Positions 23,673 to 32,407 of a stretch of DNA of 34,320 bases are shown here, in pieces. The translations under genes were made by a program, and so were the position numbers. Origin of the DNA: a virus (taxonomy: Duplodnaviria; Caudoviricetes); the IMG/VR virus record IMGVR_UViG_3300044847_000013, positions 1 to 34,320 of that record; one strand, given 5' to 3'. The first letter of the stretch is position 1. Every line of letters starts with the position of its first letter. The notes below the pieces were generated by a model. The model was not told the DNA's origin, searched no databases, and saw nothing but the letters and a program-made list of their open reading frames with translations.

Positions 23673-23989
23673 CAGTTGTTGTCATGCATGGCCACAAGGG
23701 CCTCGTGTTCCATCAAACAGATGTCGTCGAACATCTCCCACCAGTCGTTGCCGGTGAGTTGCATGCGATCAAGGTATTGAAAGACCGCCTCATAGCGGAG
23801 ACCTGTCGCCCCCTTGTTGCCCACGTTCCACTGCGTGCGCAGGCGAATGAAGGTTTCGACGGCGGGCCAGTTCTCTGGCCAGACTTCGACGGTGCGGGCG
23901 AAGTCGCTGGGGCGGAACCCGAACACATTCAATTCGTTCGGGTCGTCTTCCTTCTCGTAATACGCCGCAGCCGCCGCTCTCAGTTTCCC
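23672..23989 (-). CDS. Tail assembly chaperone gpT-like (DUF1799) segment, reached by -1 frameshift
   Basis: EVWPENWPAV..F....TQW...GLRYEAV motif; the -1 frame is open from the GGGAAAC site into this ORF. Confidence 0.8.
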   Translation of the reverse strand, partial: GKLRAAAAAYYEKEDDPNELNVFGFRPSDFARTVEVWPENWPAVETFIRLRTQWNVGNKGATGLRYEAVFQYLDRMQLTGNDWWEMFDDICLMEHEALVAMHDNN

Positions 23990-24363
23990 AGTCGCCCCTC
24001 AGTGACCGCGGTACGGTAGTCGTCCATGATGGCGCCGGCTGCAGCGGGAATCTCGGCACAAAGTTGCTGCAGGTTGGCGAGGGTGAGGTCTTCCTCGAGA
24101 TTCCAGCCATCCAAGACCTTCAGCAGGAAATCGCCGTTGTAATCGCAAGCGTCCTCCATGAGTGCCTTCATGGAGAAGTCGCCTTCCTTGGGCTTTTTCA
24201 GCTTCGCGGCGGCATAAAGCTCGTCCACGAACTCCCCGTATTCGGTTTTGGTCCGGTACTTGAACACGCACTCGATCTGCCCTTCCGTGCCGTCGAGCAT
24301 GGGAAACTTGACGGTCTTCTTGAAGTTCTTCGGGCGATTGCCGAGCTTGACGGTATTGGCCAT
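23980..24363 (-). CDS. Tail assembly chaperone gpG-like
   Basis: Lies between tail tube and tape measure; FKKTVKFP, FKYRTKTE and GWNLEE motifs; ends RLGN. Confidence 0.85.
   Translation of the reverse strand: MANTVKLGNRPKNFKKTVKFPMLDGTEGQIECVFKYRTKTEYGEFVDELYAAAKLKKPKEGDFSMKALMEDACDYNGDFLLKVLDGWNLEEDLTLANLQQLCAEIPAAAGAIMDDYRTAVTEGRLGN
23983..23989 (-). other. Programmed -1 ribosomal frameshift slippery site GGGAAAC
   Basis: G-GGA-AAC-TGA at the end of the chaperone gene; XXXYYYZ heptamer in the canonical G/GT position. Confidence 0.82.
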
Positions 24364-24386
24364 GGTATGGTCCTTTTGTGGTCATG

Positions 24387-24416
24387 AAAAAGACCCGCGG
24401 GGCGCGAGGCCGCGGG
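24387..24416 (-). terminator. Terminator-like hairpin after the tail tube gene
   Basis: CCCGCGG/CCGCGGG stem followed by TCTTTTT on the - strand. Confidence 0.5.
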
Positions 24417-24458
24417 CGAAAGGCGCCAATCCGAAGACCGGCGCCGCCGCAGTGCGGC

Positions 24459-25106
24459 TCAGGAGGCGTAGCGAACCGGACGGCTGTTCAGCGACAGGGT
24501 GGCCTTGACCACCATCACCTGGCCCTTGTTGAGCGTCGGGGTTTCGTTGAACGACACGATGCCGTTGTAGAGGATCAGGGAGTTGTCCGGCAGAACCAGC
24601 TTCAGCGCCCGGGTGGCGCGGGCCTCGCCGGCTGCCTTGAGGGCGATGTAGCCAGCCAAGGACGGGTCGTCAGCGATCTCGAACTGCAGGCTTTGCGCGG
24701 AGGTGATCGTCGGCAATTGCCGCTCGAAGTCATCCTCCATGAAGCTGAAGTTGGCGAACTGCTGGTCACCGCCGGAAGTGGTGAAGCCCATGATCTGGTT
24801 GATCTGGGTAAAAGCAGTGATCTTCCGCGACGACCCGGCGCCGCCGGCTGCGGGGTAGGCGGTGGTATCGGATGTGTCGATACCTTCCAGGTTGAAGGCG
24901 TCAGCGACCGAACCAGAGACGCGGACGATCCGGTTGGTGAGCTTCGACCACCCGGACGTGATTTCCAGAAGATCCGCATTGCTGTAACCATGCGCCGTCG
25001 AAGAGGCGACGCCCGGGTTCGCGTTGGTGATTGCGGTGATGGTCTTGGCCGACGCATAGGTGGTGGCCAGGAAGACGGTCGAACCGTCGGGGAGTCGAGC
25101 TGCCAT
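24459..25106 (-). CDS. Major tail tube protein
   Basis: LPDGSTVFLA, SGWSKL, SGGDQQF and FNETPTL motifs of the Phage_tail_3-type tube family; canonical position. Confidence 0.88.
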   Translation of the reverse strand: MAARLPDGSTVFLATTYASAKTITAITNANPGVASSTAHGYSNADLLEITSGWSKLTNRIVRVSGSVADAFNLEGIDTSDTTAYPAAGGAGSSRKITAFTQINQIMGFTTSGGDQQFANFSFMEDDFERQLPTITSAQSLQFEIADDPSLAGYIALKAAGEARATRALKLVLPDNSLILYNGIVSFNETPTLNKGQVMVVKATLSLNSRPVRYAS

Positions 25107-25125
25107 GGTGAGGGCCTTTCAAATG

Positions 25126-25148
25126 AAAAAACCCGCACATGGCGGGTT
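25126..25148 (-). terminator. Terminator-like hairpin
   Basis: AACCCGC/GCGGGTT stem with a T-run on the - strand. Confidence 0.55.
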
Positions 25149-25170
25149 ATTGAGCACGCCCTTGCGGGCC

Positions 25171-25201
25171 AAAAAAAACCGCCCGGGGGTTAACCGGGCG
25201 G
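25171..25201 (-). terminator. Terminator-like hairpin (paralog of 28478-28504)
   Basis: CCGCCCGG/CCGGGCGG stem followed by T8 on the - strand. Confidence 0.65.
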
Positions 25202-25223
25202 CTTGTGATGCGGTCTGGTCAGG

Positions 25224-26231
25224 TTATCTGTCAGACCAAATTGAGAATTCTTGCTGCGTTCCGTAGCGCTCCAAGTCGGGGTCGTGCTGGGCGTTCGGCT
25301 CCGACGCCGGGGCAGCCTGGAAGGTGGTCTCCATCCGCAGGGTTTGATCAACCAGCAGTTGGAGAGCTACCGCTGAGGCATAGGTGTCCGCCCAAATCTC
25401 TATCTGGTACACGCCGTTCCGTTTGCTCGGGACGTCCGACCCAAGAAAGCTGATCGCCTCGCCGCCGATCTGTCGGTAGGTGATGTAAGGCCGCGGAGTA
25501 TTGAACGGGGCTGCATCGGGAAATGCTCGGTTACCCACCAGCGGCCCCAGGACGCCGAAGAGAAGTTCTTCTGCCGAAATGCGACTGAAGAATGCAGCAG
25601 ACGAACCGCTTGAAATGAGACCGCCGGAGGCGATGAACGCCATCACTCTGGCGACTACAGCGCTGCCGCTGACGGATATCCCGCCAGACGCGGCATAGAC
25701 CTTCAATTTCTCTACGGCAGCGATGCCTGATGCCGACAAGCCGCCAGAAGCAGTAAAGACTTTGTCCTTGGAAACGGTTGCAGCGCCCGAGACAATCATT
25801 CCGCCGGTGGCTGCATAATCACGGGAAACACTCGACGAAATTGAGCCAGAAATGTTCATTCCGCCAGTCGCGGAATACACCTTAGTCTTGGCAACGTCTG
25901 CCGCGCCGCCTGTGAGCAGCCCACCAGACGATGTATAGACGTTCCATTGCGTGACGTCAGCAGATCCGCCAGACTGGATACCGCCTATGCCCGAGTAACT
26001 GCGGCCCTTGGCGAGTGTCGCTGAACCACCGGACTGCAGGCCACCGGACGCTTGATAGACATTCCACTGCGTAACTTCCGCAGAGCCGCCAGATTGTAGA
26101 CCACCACTTCCCGAGTACGAGAAGGTGCTGACGTCCGACAGCTCGAAGTTGATCGCATTCCCAGCCGGCGGCGTGTAGGCCGTCGTGAGGTCGAAGTTGA
26201 TCGCATTACCGGCTGGCGGCGTGTAGGACAT
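25224..26231 (-). CDS. G/S-rich repeat fibre-like protein fused to a DUF3168 tail-terminator domain
   Basis: Two YTPPAGNAINF copies, eight Y/F-x-x-S/T/I-GG repeats of 23-25 aa, then a C-terminal ~115 aa highly similar to 28528..28884. Confidence 0.8.
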   Translation of the reverse strand: MSYTPPAGNAINFDLTTAYTPPAGNAINFELSDVSTFSYSGSGGLQSGGSAEVTQWNVYQASGGLQSGGSATLAKGRSYSGIGGIQSGGSADVTQWNVYTSSGGLLTGGAADVAKTKVYSATGGMNISGSISSSVSRDYAATGGMIVSGAATVSKDKVFTASGGLSASGIAAVEKLKVYAASGGISVSGSAVVARVMAFIASGGLISSGSSAAFFSRISAEELLFGVLGPLVGNRAFPDAAPFNTPRPYITYRQIGGEAISFLGSDVPSKRNGVYQIEIWADTYASAVALQLLVDQTLRMETTFQAAPASEPNAQHDPDLERYGTQQEFSIWSDR

Positions 26232-26235
26232 GACG

Positions 26236-26589
26236 TCAGACCGGCGTTATGTAGTCGAAGATCTTTGCGTTGTAGTCCGGGGCGCCGGTCAGGATGTCGA
26301 ACGCCATGCAGATGACCGGCCCTGCATCCCCGCAGTCGATGCTGAACGTGCCATCTGCGGCGGAGGTGGTCTGCCCGAGCAGCAGCCCGTCCACCCTGCG
26401 GTAAGCGCGGACCGTGCGCACCACTCCCACGTTGTTGATCTTCACAGTGCCAGACCCGTTCTTGGACGCGCCGCCCTGCAGGTACATCCGGCCGCCGAGC
26501 AGATCCACCTTGCCCACGGGGTTGCTCGTGCTGGTCACCGCGGATCGCCCCTCGAGCGAACCTGACCCGATAGTCCCAAGGTCGGCCAA
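26236..26589 (-). CDS. Putative tail-fibre-associated beta-sandwich protein
   Basis: RTVRAYRR.DG.LLGQTTS.ADGTF...YNAKIFD pattern seen in phage fibre modules; contiguous in the operon. Confidence 0.55.
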   Translation of the reverse strand: MADLGTIGSGSLEGRSAVTSTSNPVGKVDLLGGRMYLQGGASKNGSGTVKINNVGVVRTVRAYRRVDGLLLGQTTSAADGTFSIDCGDAGPVICMAFDILTGAPDYNAKIFDYITPV

Positions 26590-26591
26590 GA

Positions 26592-27797
26592 TCAGCTCCA
26601 GGTATTCGAGGTCTCAACAGCTACGCGCCCGTCCGTGGCAGCGCCGACGCTGTCATTAATCGCCTGCAGGATGAAAGTCTTTCCGTTCAACCCGCCGGTA
26701 TTGCCGGTGAAGGTGTCGTTGTGCGAACCGGGGCGGTTGTGGCAGACGTTCCACAAACCTTTCATGTAGCCGCGGATGCCTTCTGCTCCATGGACATAGA
26801 CGGGGGCGAGGAACAGTCCACCATCCGGGCCATTCGGATACGGCAAAGTCTTTGCAGCTGCGTTCGCAGCCCCCATCGTTCCGTAGGCGTGCTTGGCGTG
26901 GTCAGAATGCACGGCGTTGTTGTTGGAGCTACCCACGCCAGACGCGACGCGGGCGATGTAGTGGCCAGCATGGCTCGGAACATCGTTCACAACGTTCCCG
27001 GAGGCAGATGGCACAGCAAGCAGCGAAAAGTTGTCCACGTTGAAGGCGCTGGAATTCTCCGTCGTGCGACCGATGATCATGCAGCGGTACGTGTCGCTCG
27101 CCTTGTACGAGAAGATGTCACCGAACATGAAGTTGACCGTCGTGCTGACGTTGTCTCCGCACTCAACGAACAGGTAGAACACCGTCTCGTCAGCGACGAT
27201 CACCCACGGCCGAGCAGTGGAATCAGCAGTGGCGGATTTTCTGACGAACAGACCGCTTGCCCGCTGCGCGGCGGTCGGGAACTGTCCGGTCCCAGTGTCC
27301 TGCGCAGTGGCGACCTCATAGCCCCAAACGCGAGCCTCGCGGGCCGCGCCTGCGCCTGGGCCGTTGTCCTGCACGTTCAGGTAAAAACCCGTGCCTGCCG
27401 TCGCGGAGTTGCGGAACACGGCCTTGTTCGTGCCGGTGAATGGCTTGGTCCAGCCGGCGCCAGTGGTGCCGTTCGATGCTACGATCGTCCCAGTCGCTGG
27501 CGTAGCCGGCGTACCGGACACGGTATAGTCGAACGTGTTCGCTGCGGCATTCGCCACAGTCACGTTGCCGTTGTATTCAGGCTGGGTCGCACCGCTAATA
27601 CTGATCACCTGCCCATTGGTGTAGCCGTGAGCAGTCTTGGTGGCAGTGGCAGTAGCGCCAGAGCGCGTAATGCTGGTGATTGACTGCGTCGGATACCCAG
27701 TGACTAGGCATGCATCGAGCAGCGCCACCAGCGAATTGACGGTGCCGCTCAGCGTCGGGGCGCTGGCGTCTGTCGATTTATAGACGCGGACGGTCAT
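26592..27797 (-). CDS. Putative virion fibre/appendage protein
   Basis: MTVRVYKSTDASAPTLSG..SLVALLDACLV.G and GWTKPF...NKAVFR; T/A/G-rich; 401 aa. Confidence 0.65.
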   Translation of the reverse strand: MTVRVYKSTDASAPTLSGTVNSLVALLDACLVTGYPTQSITSITRSGATATATKTAHGYTNGQVISISGATQPEYNGNVTVANAAANTFDYTVSGTPATPATGTIVASNGTTGAGWTKPFTGTNKAVFRNSATAGTGFYLNVQDNGPGAGAAREARVWGYEVATAQDTGTGQFPTAAQRASGLFVRKSATADSTARPWVIVADETVFYLFVECGDNVSTTVNFMFGDIFSYKASDTYRCMIIGRTTENSSAFNVDNFSLLAVPSASGNVVNDVPSHAGHYIARVASGVGSSNNNAVHSDHAKHAYGTMGAANAAAKTLPYPNGPDGGLFLAPVYVHGAEGIRGYMKGLWNVCHNRPGSHNDTFTGNTGGLNGKTFILQAINDSVGAATDGRVAVETSNTWS

Positions 27798-27800
27798 CTC

Positions 27801-28049
27801 TCACTCCCAGCCCTGTGCGTCTGGGTCAGGCAAGTACCTGAGACGCTTGGCCGTCGCCTCGTCAGGGCGGCGGGCCTCGGGAATGTCGTCATAGGCGGCC
27901 TGAGTCAGCGCCCGGAGCGATACGTCGGCGCGCTCCACGGTCACACCCTTGTCGTCCACGTAATGGACCTCCCCGCTGGTCGCGGCAATGCCTGCCAAGA
28001 TGCCAACACGCCCCTTGACAGTGACCCACATGCCTTTGCGCAGAATCAT
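27801..28049 (-). CDS. Hypothetical protein (82 aa)
   Basis: GAGGAG RBS; packs tightly between neighbouring genes. Confidence 0.65.
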   Translation of the reverse strand: MILRKGMWVTVKGRVGILAGIAATSGEVHYVDDKGVTVERADVSLRALTQAAYDDIPEARRPDEATAKRLRYLPDPDAQGWE

Positions 28050-28061
28050 GTTTGCTGCTCC

Positions 28062-28466
28062 TCAGTCCAAACTCAGTGAAGGCGTGATCTGGATCTTGTC
28101 CCCGTTATTGACGATGACATATGGACCATCCGTGAAGCGTTCGGCCCAAGCGATCCGGCCGCTGGTCGTGCGGGTCACGTAGTACCCATAAATGCTCTGG
28201 TTCTGGCTGCCGGCCGAGGAAGTGAACGACTGCTGGGCGTAGCTCGCCGAACTCGGGGCGCCCTCCACCACGCTCCAACTGGCGCCGGTAAGCGTCACGC
28301 TGGAATAGCCGGTAAATGTGGCCTCCGTGTAGGTGGCTGCTGTGTCCGTCTCGGCGGGGGTGATGTTGTTCTGAAACAGCCGCAGGATCGGGTCCGTGGC
28401 TGCGGTGTGGTTCAGGAACGCCTTGAGGCCGTCGCCCTCGCCGTTGTTGGGAACAAGAAGTGCCAT
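28062..28466 (-). CDS. Putative structural protein (fibre-base-like)
   Basis: LRLFQNN.TP...YTEATFTGY...IYGYYV...WAERF pattern of small phage structural proteins. Confidence 0.6.
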   Translation of the reverse strand: MALLVPNNGEGDGLKAFLNHTAATDPILRLFQNNITPAETDTAATYTEATFTGYSSVTLTGASWSVVEGAPSSASYAQQSFTSSAGSQNQSIYGYYVTRTTSGRIAWAERFTDGPYVIVNNGDKIQITPSLSLD

Positions 28467-28477
28467 GGCAACCCCAT

Positions 28478-28504
28478 AAAAAAAGCCCGGGGGTTACCCG
28501 GGCT
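28478..28504 (-). terminator. Terminator-like hairpin
   Basis: AGCCCGGG/CCCGGGCT stem with a T-run on the - strand. Confidence 0.65.
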
Positions 28505-28527
28505 GCGGTGATTAACGGATGAGCGGA

Positions 28528-28884
28528 CTACCTGTCCGACCAGATGGAAAAGTCCTGCGATGTTCCGCGGCGCTCAATGTCCTGGTCGTAATGAGCGATC
28601 GGCTCGGAAACAGGCTCCGCACGGAAGACAGTTGCCGCACGCATGACCTGGTCAATGTGCATCTGCACCGAAATCGCTTCGGCGCGGGTGTCGGCCCAAA
28701 CGTTGATCTGGAACAGGCCGTTCTTCTTGCTCGGCACCTCGCGCCCGAGGAATACCAAGGGCTGCCCGCCGATCTGCTGGAAGGTCACATAGGGGCGCGG
28801 CGTGTTGAACGGCGCAACCACCGGGAATACCCGGTTACCAACCAAGGGCGCCAAGATGGTGAAGATGTCAGCCTCGACGGTCAT
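28528..28884 (-). CDS. Tail terminator / completion protein (DUF3168)
   Basis: LVGNRVFP..AP..TPRPYVTFQQIGG, QINVWADTR and QDFSIW; canonical position after the gp10-like gene. Confidence 0.88.
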   Translation of the reverse strand: MTVEADIFTILAPLVGNRVFPVVAPFNTPRPYVTFQQIGGQPLVFLGREVPSKKNGLFQINVWADTRAEAISVQMHIDQVMRAATVFRAEPVSEPIAHYDQDIERRGTSQDFSIWSDR

Positions 28885-29414
28885 ACCATTCCCAGCACTT
28901 CAAGCAGTTTGGCTTCCGCTGCGGCGCTGGCTTGTGGAAACTTCGACAGCGCCGGCCGGATGAACGGCTGTGCGGCGATCTGCTGCGGGCCACCGGGAAG
29001 CGTCACGTAGTAGGCGTCTTTCTCCGCCTGCGAAGCTTTGCGTCGCGGTTTTGGCGTGCCCTGCTTCTCGGGACGAATCGCGGTGTGCCACTGGCCATCC
29101 TTGCCGACGTAGGAAGCGTACCGGCGGATGTGCCCGTACTCGAGAAGGTGGCCATGTGGCGCCTTATTGGCGTTCCATGAGATGCGATAGACGGCCACGC
29201 CAGGACCAGACTTTTCCTTCGAATAGACTTGGTAGATCGACTTATCGAGATTCCCAGTCACCTTCCCGATCTTCGCCACATTGCGCTTCACTTCGTCGTA
29301 GAGCACTTGCGCAGCCGCTTGGGCAACAGGCCGAACGGACTCCTCGATATCCGTGCCAATCACGTCGATCATGCGATCCAGGCCGTCCAGATCGACAGTG
29401 ATGGCCATACTCAT
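28881..29414 (-). CDS. HK97 gp10-like tail component
   Basis: TGNLDKSIY, APHGHLLEYGH and AQPFIRPA. True start near 29414 (ATGA overlap), not 29834. Confidence 0.82.
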   Translation of the reverse strand: MSMAITVDLDGLDRMIDVIGTDIEESVRPVAQAAAQVLYDEVKRNVAKIGKVTGNLDKSIYQVYSKEKSGPGVAVYRISWNANKAPHGHLLEYGHIRRYASYVGKDGQWHTAIRPEKQGTPKPRRKASQAEKDAYYVTLPGGPQQIAAQPFIRPALSKFPQASAAAEAKLLEVLGMV

Positions 29415-29725
29415 TTCACGAGCTCGCAAACAAGATCGATGTACTGCCGCCTGCCATCGGGCAAGACCGCCTTGATGTCGTAGGTATCGGCCCCATTGGC
29501 AACACGCATCCCAGCATCGACACCGGTCCGCCAGCGGATTCTGATGCTCGCCTTGACGGTCGAAACATCGGCGCCCGACTTGATCGCCTCCACGCCAGAC
29601 AGGCTGCGGATGTTCGCCCAGACCGTTGCGGCGGTGGACCAGGTCGTCATCGGCTGGCCGAGCGCATCTTGTCCGGCCGTCCGCGATAGAAGCGTCACGA
29701 GACGGTTGAGGGTGCCGATGCGCAT
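29411..29725 (-). CDS. Head closure protein (SPP1 gp16-like head-tail adaptor)
   Basis: MRIGTLNRLVTL, QDALGQP..W..VWANI, IRIRWR and MRV...YDIKAVLP. Confidence 0.9.
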   Translation of the reverse strand: MRIGTLNRLVTLLSRTAGQDALGQPMTTWSTAATVWANIRSLSGVEAIKSGADVSTVKASIRIRWRTGVDAGMRVANGADTYDIKAVLPDGRRQYIDLVCELVK

Positions 29726-29727
29726 GG

Positions 29728-30528
29728 TCAGAAGGTATGAACCCGATGCGGCGCCAGCAGAGCATCAACCGCCTGTGGCAGCATGGCGACGTTGTCGAAC
29801 GTGACCGACTCCCGGTTCTCGTACCAGTGGCCAATCAGGAGCAGCATCGCCTGACGCAACGCCGCCGGCACTTCGCCGAGGAAATGCGTCCCGGTCCCGG
29901 CGCCTGTGATGTCTATCGCCGCACCGCCGGCACTGGCCGCCAGTTTGAAGTCGTTGCCGGACATGTCGCGGACATAGTAGTCGGTATTGGCGGTGAGCCC
30001 AGCCGGCAGTGCGCCGCCGCTGTTGGTCAGCCGCACGACGTCGCCGTTGGACTTGCCATGGCCGACCGCGGTCAGCGTGTCGGTCGTCGCATTGACCGTG
30101 AAGGCCGTGGCGTACCCGGCGACGAAGGTCACCGTGACCGCCTTCGGGTAAACGTAGGTGGCTGGCCAGGGAACGGCGTAAGGCGGAACCACTACCCCTG
30201 GCGCCTCGTCAGCATCCACGACATAACCGGTCGTCGCCAGCGTTTGGCTTACATTGCCGCTATCCAGATAGGAAACGCCGCTCACCGATCGAACCGGCGC
30301 GCGCAGGTCCAGGCGGTCCCAGAAACACGGGTAGTACGCCTTCAGCGTCTGCGTGATCAGCGCGCGGTTGCACACATCCTCGACGTGCTGGCGCGCAGTG
30401 ATGATCAGCGCCGAGATGAGGGCGTCGTCAGCTGTGATGTCGGTTTCGACACGCAGTTGCACCTTGGCTTCCGCAAGCGAAATCGGTTCGACCAGCGGGC
30501 CGGTTGTGACGACGATGTTTCCGCGCAT
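29728..30528 (-). CDS. Head-tail connector protein (gp6-like) with ~80-aa inserted domain
   Basis: EPISLAEAK.QLRV, LITQT, VTFVAGY and VPAALRQAMLLLIGHWYENRE; extra segment between AGY and VP. Confidence 0.9.
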   Translation of the reverse strand: MRGNIVVTTGPLVEPISLAEAKVQLRVETDITADDALISALIITARQHVEDVCNRALITQTLKAYYPCFWDRLDLRAPVRSVSGVSYLDSGNVSQTLATTGYVVDADEAPGVVVPPYAVPWPATYVYPKAVTVTFVAGYATAFTVNATTDTLTAVGHGKSNGDVVRLTNSGGALPAGLTANTDYYVRDMSGNDFKLAASAGGAAIDITGAGTGTHFLGEVPAALRQAMLLLIGHWYENRESVTFDNVAMLPQAVDALLAPHRVHTF

Positions 30529-30530
30529 GG

Positions 30531-30872
30531 TCAGGCCTTACGGGGACGGCCCGGGCCCTTGCGTTCAGGAGCCACAGGCACGGCTTTGTTGTCCGGATCG
30601 GTGGCGGCATTTTCTTCCGGGGCGGAAGCGGTTTCCGGCTCGAGCTCCGGCTCGGGCTCGGGCCCGCCGGCGGGCTTGACCGACATGATCGACACGGGCG
30701 CCGCCGCCGGCTCATCGGCAACCTCTTCCGCCAACTTCGCGCCGACAAGCGCCTTGCCAAGATCGACGGCGCCCGGCGAAGCGCCGAGGTCGTATTCCTT
30801 GCCGGCCTCGTAGGTCGCGACTTTGATGCCGTCGACGCTGCCCGGCGTGGTTTTCAGCATGCGGATTTTCAT
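30531..30872 (-). CDS. Hypothetical head-associated protein
   Basis: MKIRMLK...G..Y..G..YD N-terminus with a P/E/A-rich tail ending GRPRKA; typical post-capsid gene. Confidence 0.7.
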   Translation of the reverse strand: MKIRMLKTTPGSVDGIKVATYEAGKEYDLGASPGAVDLGKALVGAKLAEEVADEPAAAPVSIMSVKPAGGPEPEPELEPETASAPEENAATDPDNKAVPVAPERKGPGRPRKA

Positions 30873-30875
30873 GGC

Positions 30876-31211
30876 TCACTCGAGGATGAAGTGGAAAGTC
30901 CCGGTCTTGACGTTGGCGACGGCGATCTTGTCGTTCACCGCCGCGCCGGCGGCGGCATAGAGCGCGGCCGCACCGGCGGTGCTGTGCGTTGCCTGCCGCG
31001 GCGCCCGGGTGGCGCTGGCATTGACGCCAGTCTCGGTCCAGAGGGTTTCCCCGGTGGCCTCGGCGGTGATGGTGAAGGTTGAGCCATCGGCAAAGTCCGT
31101 CTTGACGTAACGGACCTGTGACAACTTGCCGGTGACCGTTTCGGAATAGGCCGTTGCCGACCCATCCGCCGCAGTCGTGACCGTGACGGCCAGTCGTTGG
31201 GCGAAACTCAT
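30876..31211 (-). CDS. Hypothetical structural protein (111 aa)
   Basis: ATG 31211 (MSFAQRLAV...) 2 nt after the upstream stop; T/A-rich. Confidence 0.65.
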   Translation of the reverse strand: MSFAQRLAVTVTTAADGSATAYSETVTGKLSQVRYVKTDFADGSTFTITAEATGETLWTETGVNASATRAPRQATHSTAGAAALYAAAGAAVNDKIAVANVKTGTFHFILE

Positions 31212-31213
31212 GA

Positions 31214-31855
31214 TCAGCCCTTGTCGCCCAGGTTCATCCAGTGCAGGGTGATGGTGCCAGTGAAGGTCACAGTGCCTGCGGTGTGAGTGGCATCGTCGTC
31301 CACCACCAGGTTGAGATACACGTCCTTTGCGGTTGCGGTGCCGTCCAGCCAGCGAGCTCCGGACTCGGTCAGGGCGGTGGCTACCGAGACAGCATCCACC
31401 ACGGCGACCTTGGCGGTTGCGGCGGCGACATCGACCTCGGGCATGATGTCTGCCTCGGTGCCGGTCAGAGTAGCGCCAGTGGTAGCCGTGGCCGTACCCA
31501 GGGCGATACCTCCGGCCCAAGTGTTGATGATGGTGCCGGTAACGCCACCGGTGACGGCGCCATCAATGACCGCGCCCAGGGTGCAGATCAGGCCTTCGGG
31601 GAAGTCGTAGACCTTGACGCCGCCGTATTGGGCGACGGCCGCATCGTCGGCAATGGAAATCGGCAGCGCCGTGCAGGTCAGCACGGTCTTGTGGATCACC
31701 GGGACAGACTCGGTGACCGTCACCGTCGATCCGTTTTTGGCACCCACCCCATCTTCGGTCGTAAGCACGGCCCCGGAAGCAATGTGCAGCGTGCCGCCAA
31801 TGACATCACGGGCACCGCCCTGCTCGCGGTAATTCAGTACGTTTTCGCCAGCCAT
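31214..31855 (-). CDS. Putative head decoration / head fibre protein
   Basis: NYREQGG...IGGTL.I N-terminus; T/A/V/G-rich; two genes after the capsid; GGAG RBS. Confidence 0.6.
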   Translation of the reverse strand: MAGENVLNYREQGGARDVIGGTLHIASGAVLTTEDGVGAKNGSTVTVTESVPVIHKTVLTCTALPISIADDAAVAQYGGVKVYDFPEGLICTLGAVIDGAVTGGVTGTIINTWAGGIALGTATATTGATLTGTEADIMPEVDVAAATAKVAVVDAVSVATALTESGARWLDGTATAKDVYLNLVVDDDATHTAGTVTFTGTITLHWMNLGDKG

Positions 31856-31875
31856 TTCGTTCTCCAGAAAGCGAA

Positions 31876-31895
31876 AGGGCGGCCGAAGCCGCCCT
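31876..31895 (-). terminator. Hairpin (UUCG loop), possible terminator or mRNA stabiliser
   Basis: AGGGCGGC-TTCG-GCCGCCCT on the - strand with a short T tail. Confidence 0.5.
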
Positions 31896-31919
31896 AAAAG
31901 TGGTCAGAGAATTGCCCGG

Positions 31920-32345
31920 TTACACCGGCGGATTGGCAGTCGGCGCATGCATCGGGTGGCCAAGGACAGCGACAGCGGAAACCGGAATGTTGCCGGTATT
32001 GTTGGCCGGAGTCAGAGTCAGCCGAACATAGCGCTTGTTGCCGACGTACCCGATCTTCCGGGTCTCGTTGTCGTCAGCGAAGGTCAGGCCAGCCAGAGCT
32101 TCGGTACCGAGCAGTTGCGCATCTGCCACGGCTGCCGCATCGGTCAGCGTGGCGCTGTCGCCATCCTCGACCAGCGCAACAACCGTCGCATCGGCATCGG
32201 ATAGCGTCCCGGTGGCGATGGCGAAGGTGAGCGAGTTGTATCCGTAGGTATCGATGATCTCGGACACCTGCGCGGTGTTGTCGGTGACCACGACCGGGCT
32301 GATGGCCCGGATGATGTGGACGTTGTTCATCAGGTCGCGATTCAT
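31920..32345 (-). CDS. Putative capsid decoration protein
   Basis: Immediately after the capsid gene; IIDT.GY.SLTF...KIGYVGNKRYVRL motif common in such genes. Confidence 0.65.
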   Translation of the reverse strand: MNRDLMNNVHIIRAISPVVVTDNTAQVSEIIDTYGYNSLTFAIATGTLSDADATVVALVEDGDSATLTDAAAVADAQLLGTEALAGLTFADDNETRKIGYVGNKRYVRLTLTPANNTGNIPVSAVAVLGHPMHAPTANPPV

Positions 32346-32407
32346 GTTTGTTCCTTTGCAGAGAGAGGATCAGAACCCGGATTGCTCCGGGCCCCATTCG
32401 CCATGGG

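Noticed and set aside
11520-31520. Long upstream extensions in the ORF track (e.g. 11995..12732, 17982..18539, 18391..19371, 28881..29834, 30876..31520)
   Set aside because: The extensions overlap neighbouring genes; internal starts with RBSs or ATGA coupling fit better.
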